Source of the DNA: Micromonas sp.
Lineage: Eukaryota
Assembly: GCA_000090985.2 (NCBI GenBank)
Contig: CP001574.1
Span: forward strand, 1,535,344-1,567,343
DNA: 32,000 nt
Direction: 5' to 3'
Below are positions 31,507 to 32,000 of the stretch, piece after piece. Each line of letters starts with the position of its first letter. Within the stretch, counting starts at the first letter, position 1. The position numbers and the translations under genes are program-made. The notes beneath the pieces were generated by a model, which made no database searches, was not told where the DNA came from, and worked only from the letters and a program-made list of their open reading frames with translations.

Positions 31507-32000
31507 ATGTCTGAGTTGGAAGAAGTAAAATTTAGGCTTGCCCGCGAAATAGATGCTCGAGCAAGCGAGCGCGCCGGGCGCATACGCGCGGAAACGGAAC
31601 TCCGCGAATTGAAGCTCAGGTTAGGCTCTTCACCTCGGCTTCCAGTGCACGAAAGTCTCGAACGCGACGATGTTATGACGAACACGAAAGCTGAACCGGC
31701 AACCGCCATAACTCCTCGGCGCACTGGTCGTAATTTGACAAGTGCACTTAGCAGCTCACCTTCGTTGCCGGCGTTTACCTCGTCGTTCACGTTTTTACCG
31801 GCTGCAACTTTCTATTCATGCTTTGCGCAACGGAACGGGACACCACGCCAGCCCTCTCTCGTGCCACTTGCGCGTGGCAGGATACAACTACACGGCCACG
31901 TCGCCAAGGAAAGTCTTGAAGGATTAAGCCAATTTAGCCATCTTTGGCTCCTTTTTGTATTTCATCTAAATACCGATCTGCATCAAACTGTCCTATGCGC
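31507..32000 (+). CDS. TRMO: TrmO/TsaA (YaeB)-like tRNA (adenine37-N6)-methyltransferase, 5' partial, continuing past the window end
   Basis: My translation from the ATG at 31507 stays open to position 32000, which is why the track omits it. The N-terminal extension is MSELEEVKFRLAREIDARASERAGRIRAETELRELKLR... It is followed by ..FYSCFAQRNGTPRQPSLVPLARGRIQL..VAKESLEGLSQFSHLWLLFVFHLNT. This matches the remembered TsaA-like signature (human TRMO ..ESCFSAKNGTPRQPSICSYSRACLRI..HSLMGLEQFSHVWILFVFHKN). Confidence 0.75.
   Translation, partial: MSELEEVKFRLAREIDARASERAGRIRAETELRELKLRLGSSPRLPVHESLERDDVMTNTKAEPATAITPRRTGRNLTSALSSSPSLPAFTSSFTFLPAATFYSCFAQRNGTPRQPSLVPLARGRIQLHGHVAKESLEGLSQFSHLWLLFVFHLNTDLHQTVLC

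Noticed and set aside
31470-31790. 106-aa ORF on the - strand
   Set aside because: It is antisense to the TrmO-like frame, which carries a recognisable conserved core.

Overview
This is eukaryotic nuclear DNA, not a prokaryotic or viral locus. It contains beta-tubulin, a centromere-type histone H3, short GT-AG spliceosomal introns (about 47-230 nt) and an intron-containing tRNA-Leu. The window is gene dense, with about 11 protein-coding genes and one tRNA. In order they are: a RAB3GAP2-like gene (+), the NEDD8-E1 regulatory subunit (-), CenH3 (+), a DDX49/Dbp8-type DEAD-box helicase (+), beta-tubulin (-), an endonuclease/exonuclease/phosphatase-fold protein (+), NADPH-cytochrome P450 reductase (-), tRNA-Leu(CAA) (+), a small GC-rich Cys/His-repeat protein (+) with a possible 76-aa convergent partner (-), a giant gene (-), and the 5' part of a TrmO/TsaA-like gene (+). 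The giant gene spans more than 10 kb and encodes over 3000 aa, with a signal peptide, IPT/TIG modules, Ig-like repeats, Cys-rich repeats and a multi-pass membrane region. The TrmO-like ORF runs off the window and is absent from the supplied ORF track. My taxon guess is a stramenopile, diatom-like, and this is inference only. I see no prokaryote-style operon or defence system. Four things are not explained by the gene models and are most worth follow-up. (1) The promoter-side intergenic regions are very AT-rich islands peppered with the 8-mer TACCTTCG/CGAAGGTA. I counted about 45 exact copies by hand, including eight perfect copies of the 14-bp palindrome TACCTTCGAAGGTA. (2) Non-autonomous mobile elements sit on or next to these islands: a 333-bp MITE whose TIRs begin with the motif, and a 556-bp foldback element. 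(3) A ~1.1-kb GC-rich compositional island carries the Cys/His-repeat gene. (4) The giant receptor-like gene. All splice junctions and all homology statements are hand-derived from memory of the families and need transcript and database confirmation.
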